Virus record (IMG/VR): IMGVR_UViG_3300020048_000055
Span: 1 to 64,000 of that record
Reading direction: 5' to 3' (one strand)
Source of the DNA: a virus
Length of the DNA stretch: 64,000 nucleotides
The notes beneath the pieces are model-generated. The model searched no databases. It had not been told where the DNA came from and was given only the letters and a program-made list of their open reading frames with translations. This document shows, piece by piece, positions 1-9,639 of this stretch (position 1 is its first letter; each line of letters opens with the position of its first letter). The position numbers were made by a program, and so were the translations under genes.

Positions 1-111
1 TAGTCATGGTACATCATCTTCTTACCCATATGTTCCACACTTTGGAAATTCTTGTCTTTTTAGCAGGTTTTCATTTTTATGTTAATATACTTATACAGGA
101 AGGGACAGGGA

Positions 112-594
112 ATGGCATCACTAACGGAAGAGATTAATAGTGAACTTGGGCTAACTCAGGCAGAGTTCAATGCGATAAACACTTTTTATTTTATGGTGTT
201 TCAACCAAACCCTAGTAAGGATCGTGTTAAGATTTGGATTGATGATGGGTCACTGAAGGTGAGTATGAAGAGGTCAAAATATATTGACCTTTGTGTTTCT
301 TTAATAGGAATAAAGATTCAAGACAATCTCTCTATGGCTTTAGAGGAAGTAGGAAGTTTTTTTATTTTGGATAGGGAACTTGGTACAATTAAGCATCTTC
401 AAGTGGGTTCTGAGAAAGAGGCTTTTAATGTTAAAAAAATATTTGATGAAAATCATAAAATGGATAATAGGAAATCTACTTTTGCAGACCAAGTAATTCT
501 GGACAACAAGTTAATATCTGTAAATAGGGAAGCAAATAAATTAAATGTGGATAGTGGAATGTCAAGAAAAAATAAGAAGTTCAAGTTATTCTAA
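112..594 (+). CDS. hypothetical protein
   Basis: ORF 79..594. ATG 112 is preferred because it follows a purine-rich RBS and the GTTAATATA motif at 81. Confidence 0.7.
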   Translation: MASLTEEINSELGLTQAEFNAINTFYFMVFQPNPSKDRVKIWIDDGSLKVSMKRSKYIDLCVSLIGIKIQDNLSMALEEVGSFFILDRELGTIKHLQVGSEKEAFNVKKIFDENHKMDNRKSTFADQVILDNKLISVNREANKLNVDSGMSRKNKKFKLF

Positions 595-633
595 AAAAAC
601 TGTTAATATACTTCACATGGAGGTTATCTTAAA

Positions 634-1761
634 ATGGATAGGGATGTAGCAATAGAGGTAATTAAGCGACTACATTTTGACCTCTCAAGAGCGAACCTCT
701 CGAAATCCAGTGTAATGGTTCCTTGTATCAATCATATAGATAAATCTCCTTCCTGTTCAGTTAGCCTTGATAAAGGTGGTTATCATTGTTTTTCCTGTGG
801 GGCAGGTGGAAGTTTATTTTCATTATATCTTGAACACACAGGACGTTCCATATATGAAGAACTTGGAATCTCGAATGGGAATAGAGATGATTTTGTTTTA
901 GGGGGTAGAGCTAATAATCTTCAACCAATTAATCATGAGCTTACACCCAACTCGAAGATTCGCTATGAAGGAAATGATGTTCTTGCTTGGAACCATCCTG
1001 CCAGTAGAGATTATTTAACTGGAAGAGGTATAACTCAAGAGGTTTCTCAAGAAATGCAAATGAGATTTTCTATTTCAGGAAAAGTGGTAGACACTCTTGA
1101 TTCTGATACGAAAGAAAATTATGTTGAATATATAAATCGGTTAGTAATTCCAATACGTGAGAAAGGTCAAAATCTTTCCTTTGAAGGAAGAGACATTCTA
1201 GGGAAAGATAAATTTGTTGCAAAGTATGAAGGGGAAACTTACAAAAAAGTTTTATACCCTAAGGGTTCATCTACCTCAACACTTTTTCAGTTAGAAAAAT
1301 TATCTTTTACTGAACCACTTTATTTTGTTGAAGGTCTAATGAGCTTAGGAGCACTTAGGACTAGTAAGTACTTTAAGAACTCGACCGCAGTTTTTGGTGC
1401 TTCAATTTCTCATAGACAAGTATATTTGCTTAACAAGTTTCAGGAGAAAATATATTTAATTGATAATGACTATGCAGGTTGGTGTTCACTCCTTAACTTG
1501 GGTAAACAATTGAAACAATTAAATCAAGCTCAGGTACTTGGGAAAGCAGATAGGGATATTGGACTCTCGTTCATAGTATCTCCTGAAGGTAGTAATGATG
1601 TAGGTGACATTCCTCAGAAGTTAAAAATGACTATTGATGAATGCTATGATAAAAAAGGTTTTGCTAGAAGAATAGTTTTTAATGAAAAAGAAATTCAAGC
1701 AAAAGTAACTGAATTAAAAGTAGCTAATGATTTAGCTAAGAAACTTAAGGAGAAAAAATGA
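634..1761 (+). CDS. DNA primase (CHC2 zinc finger + TOPRIM)
   Basis: CINH...SPSCSV...YHCFSCGAGG zinc-binding motif; TOPRIM FVEG and IDND; GGAGG RBS. Confidence 0.9.
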   Translation: MDRDVAIEVIKRLHFDLSRANLSKSSVMVPCINHIDKSPSCSVSLDKGGYHCFSCGAGGSLFSLYLEHTGRSIYEELGISNGNRDDFVLGGRANNLQPINHELTPNSKIRYEGNDVLAWNHPASRDYLTGRGITQEVSQEMQMRFSISGKVVDTLDSDTKENYVEYINRLVIPIREKGQNLSFEGRDILGKDKFVAKYEGETYKKVLYPKGSSTSTLFQLEKLSFTEPLYFVEGLMSLGALRTSKYFKNSTAVFGASISHRQVYLLNKFQEKIYLIDNDYAGWCSLLNLGKQLKQLNQAQVLGKADRDIGLSFIVSPEGSNDVGDIPQKLKMTIDECYDKKGFARRIVFNEKEIQAKVTELKVANDLAKKLKEKK

Positions 1762-2060
1762 ATAGTCAGTTAACGAAAGAGATGCTTATTGGGGAATTTG
1801 AGGTTGTGTATGAAAACGATGTTAAAATCGTAAAGCTTACAGAACAGGCAAATGTAATTAAGATTGATACCAAAGATCGTTTTGATGATTTCGCAAAAGA
1901 CAACGAGATTAAAAATGTTGCTTGGGTAAAGGATTGTTACAAACGTTGGAAGAAACTGAAAATCTCTGGAAAAGCCCCTGATGAAGATGAAGACTTCTAC
2001 ACTCTCCAAATCATGGTAGACGAAGCTATTGCCGAAGATTGTGAACCGAGCAAAGAATGA
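1758..2060 (+). CDS. hypothetical protein
   Basis: 100-aa ORF with ATGA overlap with primase and AAGGAG RBS. Confidence 0.7.
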   Translation: MNSQLTKEMLIGEFEVVYENDVKIVKLTEQANVIKIDTKDRFDDFAKDNEIKNVAWVKDCYKRWKKLKISGKAPDEDEDFYTLQIMVDEAIAEDCEPSKE

Positions 2061-2632
2061 TAAATGAAAAACTGAATACCGAAGGATATAGAAAACAAGT
2101 ATATTCTAAGTTTATTAGTTTTTCAGAAAAGTCCCCTATCTTGCTTGATGTTTCCACAGTATCCAATTCAAACAAAGAGGGACTGTTAGTAGAAATTAAA
2201 AATACTACTCAATCCTTCTTTTACGAATGGGATTATTCAGTTGAACCTAAAGTATTTATTCATTCAATTAAACTTGATTTGGAAAAATACTACCCTGAAC
2301 TAAATGAGATTATCTATGAGGAGCACGAGATTACTTCCTCTGAGGTAATGTCATTTATGGAGAGGGGATATAAAATAAGTGAAATCCCTAAGATGATAAA
2401 ATCTGAAATTGGGAAACGAACTTGGGTAATTGATAAGGTTATCGTTTGGAGAGATATTGCAATTCTGGTAAACAAGGAAACAAGGGAACAATTTAGATAT
2501 AAGCTGAGTACAAATCTTGTGCTGTTCCTTAAAAAATATCGGACAAACGGGTTTTCTAATTCTGTAGAAGCAGGGGCGTATTTCTTTGAAAGGGCTTCTT
2601 TGCTAAACAAAATAGATTTAGGTGAGGGTTGA
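2057..2632 (+). CDS. hypothetical protein
   Basis: 191-aa ORF with ATGA overlap in an operon. Confidence 0.75.
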   Translation: MINEKLNTEGYRKQVYSKFISFSEKSPILLDVSTVSNSNKEGLLVEIKNTTQSFFYEWDYSVEPKVFIHSIKLDLEKYYPELNEIIYEEHEITSSEVMSFMERGYKISEIPKMIKSEIGKRTWVIDKVIVWRDIAILVNKETREQFRYKLSTNLVLFLKKYRTNGFSNSVEAGAYFFERASLLNKIDLGEG

Positions 2633-2946
2633 TATTAATGGACTACTTAACCGAAAAAAGGTTTTTTATTACACTGATGGAAACCCAATTTAAAAATAAG
2701 GAACTTGGGTATTATTATGAGGCTGATTCTAATGTACCTGACGAATATTTTAAAAGTGTTATAGTTCATATAACTGATCAAAAAGGTTTTATTGAATCGG
2801 TTCTTCCTCGTTTTAAAAGTCTTGAGAGTATTTTCTCTTTGATAGAGTCTCCTAAGAATGTAGTGAAAAAAGAACCTAATTGGAATGAGTCAGGTTTTTC
2901 ATATTATTATGATGTTCCTTGTGTCATCTTAAATCCTCGTGATTAA
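2629..2946 (+). CDS. hypothetical protein
   Basis: Coupled ORF; start is TTG 2629 or ATG 2638. Confidence 0.65.
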   Translation: MILMDYLTEKRFFITLMETQFKNKELGYYYEADSNVPDEYFKSVIVHITDQKGFIESVLPRFKSLESIFSLIESPKNVVKKEPNWNESGFSYYYDVPCVILNPRD

Positions 2947-2961
2947 AAGGGACTATAAAAA

Positions 2962-3172
2962 TTGAAAGCTGAGATTTTAAATATACCTTTCTGGAAGAAC
3001 TTAAATGTCCTAAGTGCGGAGGGAGGATGCTAACTACTTGTTTAACTTCCTACCCTGCTCAATATGAGGCAGGATGTAGTAATTTAGATTACAAGATGTG
3101 CTATCATGAAAGAAAAATAGCTTCCTAGCTATTACTCAAGAAGAGTTGAACGAAAATTACAAAGAGAAATGA
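2962..3172 (+). pseudogene. frameshifted small Zn-ribbon gene
   Basis: Internal frame reads FKYTFLEELKCPKCGGRMLTTCLTSYPAQYEAGC but has no in-frame start; the start and tail appear in other frames. Confidence 0.4.
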
Positions 3173-3177
3173 ACAAG

Positions 3178-3210
3178 AGGACTATTCCTAACTGGAAGAG
3201 TCCTTTTTTT
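3178..3210 (+). terminator. intrinsic terminator
   Basis: AGGACT-ATTCC...GGAAG-AGTCCT imperfect stem followed by T run. Confidence 0.6.
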
Positions 3211-3244
3211 AATCTAAGACTAATTATAGAATAAAGAGGTAATT

Positions 3245-3502
3245 ATGAAAAATTATATTCTCACTGAAAAGGAAATAAAAGAATTCGAGAGAAGAATTAA
3301 GGGTATTATTATTAGAATGATAGATTCTGAGGGATACTATGTACTTGCATCAAGAGAGGAAGAAATGTTGGCATCTACATTCCATGACAAATGCACTAAA
3401 TTAATAGACATTCTAAGCAGAGAGCTTAACCTATTTTGTAAAATAATCTCTCATGAAAATAATGTATTTTATTCTTTTGGAGAAACCTTCACTGGAAGGT
3501 AG
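3245..3502 (+). CDS. hypothetical protein
   Basis: 85-aa ORF with AGAGGT RBS, downstream of ACTAATTA motif. Confidence 0.7.
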   Translation: MKNYILTEKEIKEFERRIKGIIIRMIDSEGYYVLASREEEMLASTFHDKCTKLIDILSRELNLFCKIISHENNVFYSFGETFTGR

Positions 3503-3514
3503 GTAGTTTTTATA

Positions 3515-3921
3515 ATGAAATTATACCACACCACCAATGCAAAAATCTTAAAAGTATACAAGAGTTTGGACTACTCCCATCAAAGTCAGAATCTTCTTTA
3601 GAGGCTATTTTTTTAACTGATGATTTATTCACAGCTAAAAACTATGCTTACATGCATCCTGATATAGAGGAATTTATAATAATTGAAGTGGAGGATTCTG
3701 CATTAATCGAAGAACTTTGTATACCTGATAATTATGAACTTCCTGAAATGATAGAAAACTTAAGTGGTCGAGAATTAAAATCTTATGGTATTTCAAGATA
3801 CACCGAATGGGATGAAGTTCCTTGGAGAATAAGTTTAAAAATCTGTAATCAAATGGCTTATGAAGGAATAATTTCACCAGAATTTTTATCCTTTGGAGAA
3901 GTTATATCAATAACTGACTAA
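3515..3921 (+). pseudogene. ADP-ribosyltransferase / Tpt1-KptA-fold protein, frameshifted at an A5 run
   Basis: MKLYHTTNA from 3515 joins by a -1 shift at A-run 3541-3545 to KNLKSIQEFGLLPS..AIFLTDD..A..YA..IIIEV..YEGIISPEFL. Confidence 0.6.
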
Positions 3922-3957
3922 TTAAATATATTATTAATAATGGAGTGTTAAAACGAT

Positions 3958-5682
3958 ATGAATGAGAAACTTAGCCCGAAGTACTCGGGAAAACCACAAG
4001 AAAAAGTTCCTATGTCAGGAACTGTTGGAGAACAGAACTTAAGTATGCCAGAAGGAATTTTACTAAGTGACTTGGTTGGAGAGTTTGATGTCTCTGTAGC
4101 ACCTTGGGATGATTACAGCGAATATATTCCTGAGCAAGATTCTGGATTGCAGGAAAGCACAGAAGAGTTCAGTTCTTTAGAAAAACTTTCAGAAGCCAGA
4201 GGTGTAGCAAAAGCTTGTAGAGATTATTTTAATTCTACTGATAATCCTACGTATGAAGGTTTTATGAATAGTCCTTTTGCTATGGAAATTGGAAGAGGGT
4301 ATTACAATTCTAATGCAAGAATTGAAGGTGTTCCTGAAGACCGTAGTGCTTATGGAACTGAGACTGTGGCTATGACAAAAGTAGCACCAGAGCCAGAAAA
4401 ACAGTTTGATTCTACTAAGGCTTCAAAAGAACTCTTAAAAGTTTTAGATCTTTTTAACTCCTCAAAAAAACATATTGCAACAGTTGAATCAAGGGTAGAA
4501 GAAAAATATGAACGACTATATGAATTAGCTTATTCAGTAGCCGCTAAAAAGAGTAATTCAAGACACGCCCTTATTTGTGGTGATGCAGGTATTGGTAAAA
4601 CTTATGAAGTAACCCGAGCAGTTGAGTCAGGACTAAATCCAAATTTTGAGTTAGTAGAAGTAAAAGGTGATGCTGTAGGTAAGTCTATTACTTCTATCAT
4701 TCAATTCTTCTATGAAAACAGAAATGGTAAATTGGTAGTACTTGATGATGCAGATGGTGTTTTGGTTGTTAAAGACCAGACAATTAATAATGCCTTAAAA
4801 GCTTTTCTTGATACAGACAAACCTGTGTTCAGAATGTCTATCACTGTAAATGACCGTATTAATAGTGCTAGAGGTAAAAGAGAAAAGAAAGATGAATCCA
4901 CAATGAGTTTTGACCTTTCCAGAATTAAAGAGGGTTACGTTTCTCTCTATGATGGGGACGGAATAAAATTAGCTGAGGAAAAAGTTTCAAATGAAGATCG
5001 TAAATTTTATACTAAGTTTACCGAAGCATATGAATATGGTAAAACCAAAAAGAAAAAGAACTTTGAAAAGTTCTCAAAGTTTGGATTAATTGGTCGTATC
5101 AGTGAAGCACTGTATGTTGAGGACGACGATTATGAAGAAGACGATGATGGAAATGCCGATGGAGATACTGATTTAGATTTAGTTACAACCTCAGAACTTA
5201 TGCCTATTGCTTTTAGATTTGAATCAAGAACTATTTTCATAAGTAACTTGAAACGTGACATGCTCTCTGATGCAGTAAGTTCAAGATTTGATATTGAAGA
5301 AATCTCTTTAACAAACGAAGAGTTTCTTGCAAGACTTAAACAGATTATTGGAACCATGGATGTAAATAAAGATGGTGCCCACAGCAAGGAAGATGCCGTT
5401 TGGGGAAAGAAAGTTGTTTTCGGTTTGCTTTGTGTTCTTGTTGAAGCATATGAGACTGGAGCTAAACTTAATGGAGCATCTATTGCTCTTGGTGGAAAAT
5501 TGCAATTTAGGGTTGTAAGTCAGCTCGTTGATAAATGGTGTAGACTTGCAGAAAAATATCGTGAGGAAAAAAATGTTAAGGATAGAAAATTAATTGAACC
5601 TGCTATTCAGGCAAGATTCCTTTCCATGTATGCAATACCTTACCTTGAAAATCTGAGAGATTCAAGAAGAAATGGTGGTTAA
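3958..5682 (+). CDS. AAA+ ATPase
   Basis: Walker A GDAGIGKT, Walker B LVVLDDAD, TIFISN sensor-1, SR arginine finger. Confidence 0.85.
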   Translation: MNEKLSPKYSGKPQEKVPMSGTVGEQNLSMPEGILLSDLVGEFDVSVAPWDDYSEYIPEQDSGLQESTEEFSSLEKLSEARGVAKACRDYFNSTDNPTYEGFMNSPFAMEIGRGYYNSNARIEGVPEDRSAYGTETVAMTKVAPEPEKQFDSTKASKELLKVLDLFNSSKKHIATVESRVEEKYERLYELAYSVAAKKSNSRHALICGDAGIGKTYEVTRAVESGLNPNFELVEVKGDAVGKSITSIIQFFYENRNGKLVVLDDADGVLVVKDQTINNALKAFLDTDKPVFRMSITVNDRINSARGKREKKDESTMSFDLSRIKEGYVSLYDGDGIKLAEEKVSNEDRKFYTKFTEAYEYGKTKKKKNFEKFSKFGLIGRISEALYVEDDDYEEDDDGNADGDTDLDLVTTSELMPIAFRFESRTIFISNLKRDMLSDAVSSRFDIEEISLTNEEFLARLKQIIGTMDVNKDGAHSKEDAVWGKKVVFGLLCVLVEAYETGAKLNGASIALGGKLQFRVVSQLVDKWCRLAEKYREEKNVKDRKLIEPAIQARFLSMYAIPYLENLRDSRRNGG

Positions 5683-5689
5683 TTAAAAC

Positions 5690-5717
5690 AAAGACCCAGA
5701 GTTTTCTGGGTCTTTTT
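5690..5717. terminator. bidirectional intrinsic terminator
   Basis: AAAGACCCAGA-GTTT-TCTGGGTCTTT between convergent genes. Confidence 0.8.
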
Positions 5718-5723
5718 AATTAG

Positions 5724-5996
5724 CTATGTGTAGTCTTTAATCCTGTACCTCTTTAGAGGATACTCATTGTAGGAGTTCCCCTTAAACATAAAGTACAGGT
5801 CTCCACCACGAGCCTTCAACACCTTGGTAATTCCCATGAAGGTAAAATTAACAAATGATGCTTCCTCAATAACTCTAAGGGATAATTTTAAGTCTTTTAC
5901 ACTTAAAGTTCTAAAAAACTTCCCGAGAGAAGATTTTTCCATAGAATCCTTGGAGGAAATGCTTAAATCATTCACAGTACAATGCAAAATTTCCAT
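5724..5996 (-). CDS. hypothetical protein
   Basis: 90-aa ORF with AGGAG RBS, downstream of the sigma-like gene. Confidence 0.65.
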   Translation of the reverse strand: MEILHCTVNDLSISSKDSMEKSSLGKFFRTLSVKDLKLSLRVIEEASFVNFTFMGITKVLKARGGDLYFMFKGNSYNEYPLKRYRIKDYT

Positions 5997-6012
5997 AACG
6001 TTTATTCTCCTG

Positions 6013-6741
6013 TTATATAAAACTTAGTTCTACATCTACCTTATCTTCCTCTGAAATTTTTGTGATAGAGGTTTTAAGGATAGACCGGATGTTCTTGAGT
6101 TCCTTGTAGTATATTGAACCCTTTATTTCAAGTTCTTCTATGATGTACTTAATGGTTTTATTATCAGTCTTCAATAGAAAAATTTGTTTCTGAATATCGT
6201 TAAACTTTTTGTTCAAGCAATAATCAACAGCTTTGTTTATTACGCTTTTCTTTAGGTTTTGTAGACACTCATCCTCTGCGGATATAGTTCTACCCTTAGT
6301 CTGATTCTCGATAATGTACTTTTTACAGATACTTGAAATCTCATCATTCTTAGTATCTGCTACTGAAAAAATTTGTGTTTCATTTTTTCGCAATTTAATT
6401 CTATGGGACATTAGGTCACGATTCATGGAGCGAAGATATCCCCAGTATTGGATATACAAACAAAACTTATGGGAAGTTGTTATCTTATCAAGGTCAATTG
6501 AATTGATAGCCTGAACCAATTTGTCAAAGGCAAATACTTCGTATTCCTCTACTTCATAATCCAGCATTACCTTAATTTTTATAGCTCTTGAGATGAGGTC
6601 GCCCTTCATCATATTTACAAGATCCCTATAAAGAAAAAAGAACTCATTTCTAAGAGCAACATACTCTTGAGAATCCACTTTGGTTCGTCTCATTTTCTCA
6701 ATGAGAACATAGTCCCGTGACTTGATTGTGAGGTCGTTCAT
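6013..6741 (-). CDS. sigma-70-family RNA polymerase sigma factor-like protein (sigma A)
   Basis: Region-2-like helices (LYRDLV...KLVQAINSID...YIQYW) and region-4 HTH pattern (FNDIQKQIFLLK...TIKYIIEELEI...YYKELKNI). Confidence 0.7.
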   Translation of the reverse strand: MNDLTIKSRDYVLIEKMRRTKVDSQEYVALRNEFFFLYRDLVNMMKGDLISRAIKIKVMLDYEVEEYEVFAFDKLVQAINSIDLDKITTSHKFCLYIQYWGYLRSMNRDLMSHRIKLRKNETQIFSVADTKNDEISSICKKYIIENQTKGRTISAEDECLQNLKKSVINKAVDYCLNKKFNDIQKQIFLLKTDNKTIKYIIEELEIKGSIYYKELKNIRSILKTSITKISEEDKVDVELSFI

Positions 6742-6960
6742 TTGTTTACCTTTTTGCTACAAATACGTGTTTTACAAGTAAACAAAATGTCTTTTTGATA
6801 GACACTTAAATTTAGCTTTACATGAGTGCTTTGCGTGTGAATGTAAGTTTATTAATGTGAATTAAAAACTAGCCAAGTCAAAAGTCAAAGAGTGCATAAA
6901 CCGTTTTTTGTTAATATAGTTAGTAAGGCATTGAATAAGTCACTTCGGCTTATTGTCTAC

Positions 6961-7005
6961 CCTACTTATATAATATATAGAACTTTCAAGAAAACTTCAA
7001 AAGTT
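6961..7005 (-). promoter_or_regulatory. sigma70-type early promoter (TTGAAG-N17-TATATT)
   Basis: -35 at 6995-7000, -10 at 6972-6977; member of a 4-copy repeat. Confidence 0.75.
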
Positions 7006-7072
7006 TTATTCATTTTGTTTCTATGTGATGTTTGGTCTGTTTGGGGTTTGGACTGCACCAGAAATAGTGCAA

Positions 7073-7121
7073 TACCTTACATATATAATATATAGGATTT
7101 TCAGGAAAAGTTCAAAACTTT
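7073..7121 (-). promoter_or_regulatory. sigma70-type early promoter (TTGAAC-N17-TATATT-ATATATGTAAGGTA)
   Basis: -35 at 7110-7115, -10 at 7087-7092; near-identical to 33301 and 56886 copies. Confidence 0.8.
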
Positions 7122-7167
7122 CTAACGAATTATTTTTCGGAGGATTTAGCGTATATTATTTTTTTCC

Positions 7168-7176
7168 GTTAATATA
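7168..7176 (+). promoter_or_regulatory. putative middle promoter motif GTTAATATA (representative)
   Basis: Same 9-mer at 81, 602, 6910, 7168, 11718, 17374, 19616, 47246, 49967, all upstream of likely gene starts. Confidence 0.7.
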
Positions 7177-7256
7177 CTATAGGAATAGACGAATAGAAAC
7201 CAATTTCTTCTATATAGAAATTATTTGCAAATGTTCAATTTTGGAGGACAGATTTA

Positions 7257-8579
7257 ATGAAAACTTTTTTCACCATTCCCGCAGGTTCACTCGGGACGCT
7301 TAACCGCTATGCAGGACTTATATCTAAGATGTCAGATATAACCAACAAACAATTTCTGATTGTATCAGATAAAAAACTTGTAGTATTTGTTTCAGGTAAA
7401 CAATCTGTACTAACTTTTGAAGTAGATATCGAAGGGTATTCATCGGATAAAGATGAAGATTATATTGCTTTGAACTATGATAAGTTCATCACAACATCAA
7501 ATAAGATTACCAACAATGATTCTCTCTCTGTAACTATTGACGATGGTGGAGTTAAGCTTCTCTTGAAGTCTACTACCTCAAAATCTAAAGTAACCCTTTC
7601 TTGCTTTGACCAAACTTCTGATTTGGAAGTTGATGCGGTAAAGAAAGAATATGAGGAATTGTATAATACCTATTTTATTAAAAATACAAAGAAAGTTAAA
7701 CTTACTAAAGGTCTTATGGAGTTCGCAAAAGTGTCTGGTAAGTTTATGAAACTCACCGCAAAGAGTAACTCAGTTCTTGTAGGAAAGAACACCGTAAAAT
7801 ATGCTGATAATACTTCTATTGTAGTTTATACCGACAAAGAACTATTGCTAGAATCCCCTAAAGCCAATGATGAACTTATTGTTCACACACTTGTTCTGGA
7901 TTTAGTTGCTTCGTTAGGTAAAGCAGAAAACTCAATAGTTTATTCTGAGGATGGTCAGTTCGCTTTCTTTGAGTATACTTCCGATACTTCTTCTCTTGAG
8001 TCCTTGAAGTTTATCATTAATGTTCCTAGCGTACTTTTTGATTTCCCCTCCCCGAGCGAAGAAGAGTCCATCTCTCCTGAAAGTGATAAACAAATCAAGA
8101 TTGTTTTTAATAGAAGTTCTTTCCTGACTTCACTTAATGTATTTGACGGAATTTTTGATTCAATCATTTGGAAATGGAAACCCTTGAAGTTCACCTTCAC
8201 TGAGGAATCCGCAAAGGCTAATCAAATTAATCTTAGCCATTCAGATAGTAATGCAGAAGCAGAAAGGGATTGTGATATTGTCTCTTATGAAAATACTACA
8301 GGGGTAGATAAAGCTTCCTTTATTTTCTCTTCTGAGTTTTATAAAAAAGTTCTTGAGTTTGGACAAGCAATGTTTAAAAACAATGCAAAAACAGATTCTA
8401 AAGCAGATGCTACCCCTGACGCAACCGATGCTACAGGAAACGTAGTTGTTATTCCTGCCGAAGATACTATTACATTGTGTTTCAGTAATGCTTCATTAGA
8501 GGAAGCTCATGGACTCGGAGTTGTTGTATCCTCAGAAGATGGTACCCTCAAGGCAATTTTCGCAAAATTTCAGGAGTAA
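7257..8579 (+). CDS. DNA polymerase sliding clamp (DnaN/beta-like)
   Basis: 440 aa, three-domain beta-rich pattern, DFPS..ISP....IKIVFNRSSFLTSL resembles the DnaN domain-3 start; replication context. Confidence 0.55.
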   Translation: MKTFFTIPAGSLGTLNRYAGLISKMSDITNKQFLIVSDKKLVVFVSGKQSVLTFEVDIEGYSSDKDEDYIALNYDKFITTSNKITNNDSLSVTIDDGGVKLLLKSTTSKSKVTLSCFDQTSDLEVDAVKKEYEELYNTYFIKNTKKVKLTKGLMEFAKVSGKFMKLTAKSNSVLVGKNTVKYADNTSIVVYTDKELLLESPKANDELIVHTLVLDLVASLGKAENSIVYSEDGQFAFFEYTSDTSSLESLKFIINVPSVLFDFPSPSEEESISPESDKQIKIVFNRSSFLTSLNVFDGIFDSIIWKWKPLKFTFTEESAKANQINLSHSDSNAEAERDCDIVSYENTTGVDKASFIFSSEFYKKVLEFGQAMFKNNAKTDSKADATPDATDATGNVVVIPAEDTITLCFSNASLEEAHGLGVVVSSEDGTLKAIFAKFQE

Positions 8580-8631
8580 TCCCTTAACAACAAGAGGGTC
8601 TTATTATTGACCCTCTTAAAAGGATATAAAA

Positions 8632-9429
8632 ATGGTAGAACTAGCAGAGCAAGATTTAGATGAATCAGATATTATTGAATCCACACTTTCAGAAGAATTG
8701 CTTCTTAGTTTGGGAATTGAAGAATCCGAGTCGAAATATGACAACTCAAAACCAAAACCCCCTACCGAAATTCTCTTAGATGAATTACAAGAAAAGTATC
8801 TTCAAAATAGAACCGATGAAACATGGAAGGAAATGTTTATTGTTTGTCTCCCCTATGCAAAATCTTTAATCTTAAAGAAAATAAAGTCTAAGGTTTTTCT
8901 TGAACAGGACTATGTAAACGAATGTGCAGTATCAGTCGTTCTTAGATTCTTAAATCAGTATAAAACAAATCCAGAGTTTAAGGTCGATTGGTCTTTTGCA
9001 GGTATGATGGTATATAAAGTCTTGGAAGTTTTATATGGACACAAGAAAGAAGATAACCATGTCTCATTAAACTTTTATATGAATGACGACTCAAAAGGCG
9101 AGTTGGGGGATTATCTCACCAAGATTGGTTACAGAAATATCTTAAACCCTAATGAAGCAAAATACTATAATCCTGAATATGTAATTCAGGAAGGTATGGA
9201 CTCTTTCAATTGTGTTAAGGATGTACTTTCAGAACTTGATGCTTCTCTTCCCGATAATAAAAGACTTTGCTTACTGATTCGTTTCAGGGCATTGATGATG
9301 TTTAGATACCCAAGGTCAAGACATGCAGATTCTGTCTTTAAGAAACAGTTCGCACGAGACTATAAAGAAGAATGTATTATAGACCAAACTTTATTGGAAA
9401 TTAGAAATAGAATAAAAGCAATCTCTTAA
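8632..9429 (+). CDS. sigma-factor-like protein (sigma B; region 2, no clear region 4)
   Basis: LQEKYLQ...MFIVCLPYAKSLI...ECAVSVVLRFLNQY...SFAGMM...HVSLN pattern typical of phage sigma region 2/3. Confidence 0.55.
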   Translation: MVELAEQDLDESDIIESTLSEELLLSLGIEESESKYDNSKPKPPTEILLDELQEKYLQNRTDETWKEMFIVCLPYAKSLILKKIKSKVFLEQDYVNECAVSVVLRFLNQYKTNPEFKVDWSFAGMMVYKVLEVLYGHKKEDNHVSLNFYMNDDSKGELGDYLTKIGYRNILNPNEAKYYNPEYVIQEGMDSFNCVKDVLSELDASLPDNKRLCLLIRFRALMMFRYPRSRHADSVFKKQFARDYKEECIIDQTLLEIRNRIKAIS

Positions 9430-9438
9430 AAGGTAATT

Positions 9439-9639
9439 ATGAAGCAAGAATTAAAGTTTTTTAAAGTAGAAAAGAAACTTCCCTCTGATAGTGATTGGAT
9501 AATAATGAAAGTAACTGATTACAATCCTTCAGGTTTTGTAATAGGGAAGTTTTATGAGGGATTCAAATCAGAAGATGATATAGACATCACTGAGTATGTT
9601 GAAAAGTGGGCTGACCTGCCTGATTGGGGTTTAGTCTAA
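9439..9639 (+). CDS. hypothetical protein (DUF551-like small phage protein)
   Basis: VEKKLP...VEKWADLP pattern. Confidence 0.6.
   Translation: MKQELKFFKVEKKLPSDSDWIIMKVTDYNPSGFVIGKFYEGFKSEDDIDITEYVEKWADLPDWGLV

Noticed and set aside
6742-7256. tRNA, riboswitch or small ORFs (6892..7095, 7025..7303) in the largest intergenic gap
   Set aside because: No cloverleaf or recognisable aptamer by eye; the region is explained by four promoter motifs. An Rfam/tRNAscan search would be needed to exclude this fully.
8592-8617. Hairpin between clamp and sigma B as a terminator
   Set aside because: No U-tract on the plus strand; more likely a stability or processing stem, and unsupported beyond that.
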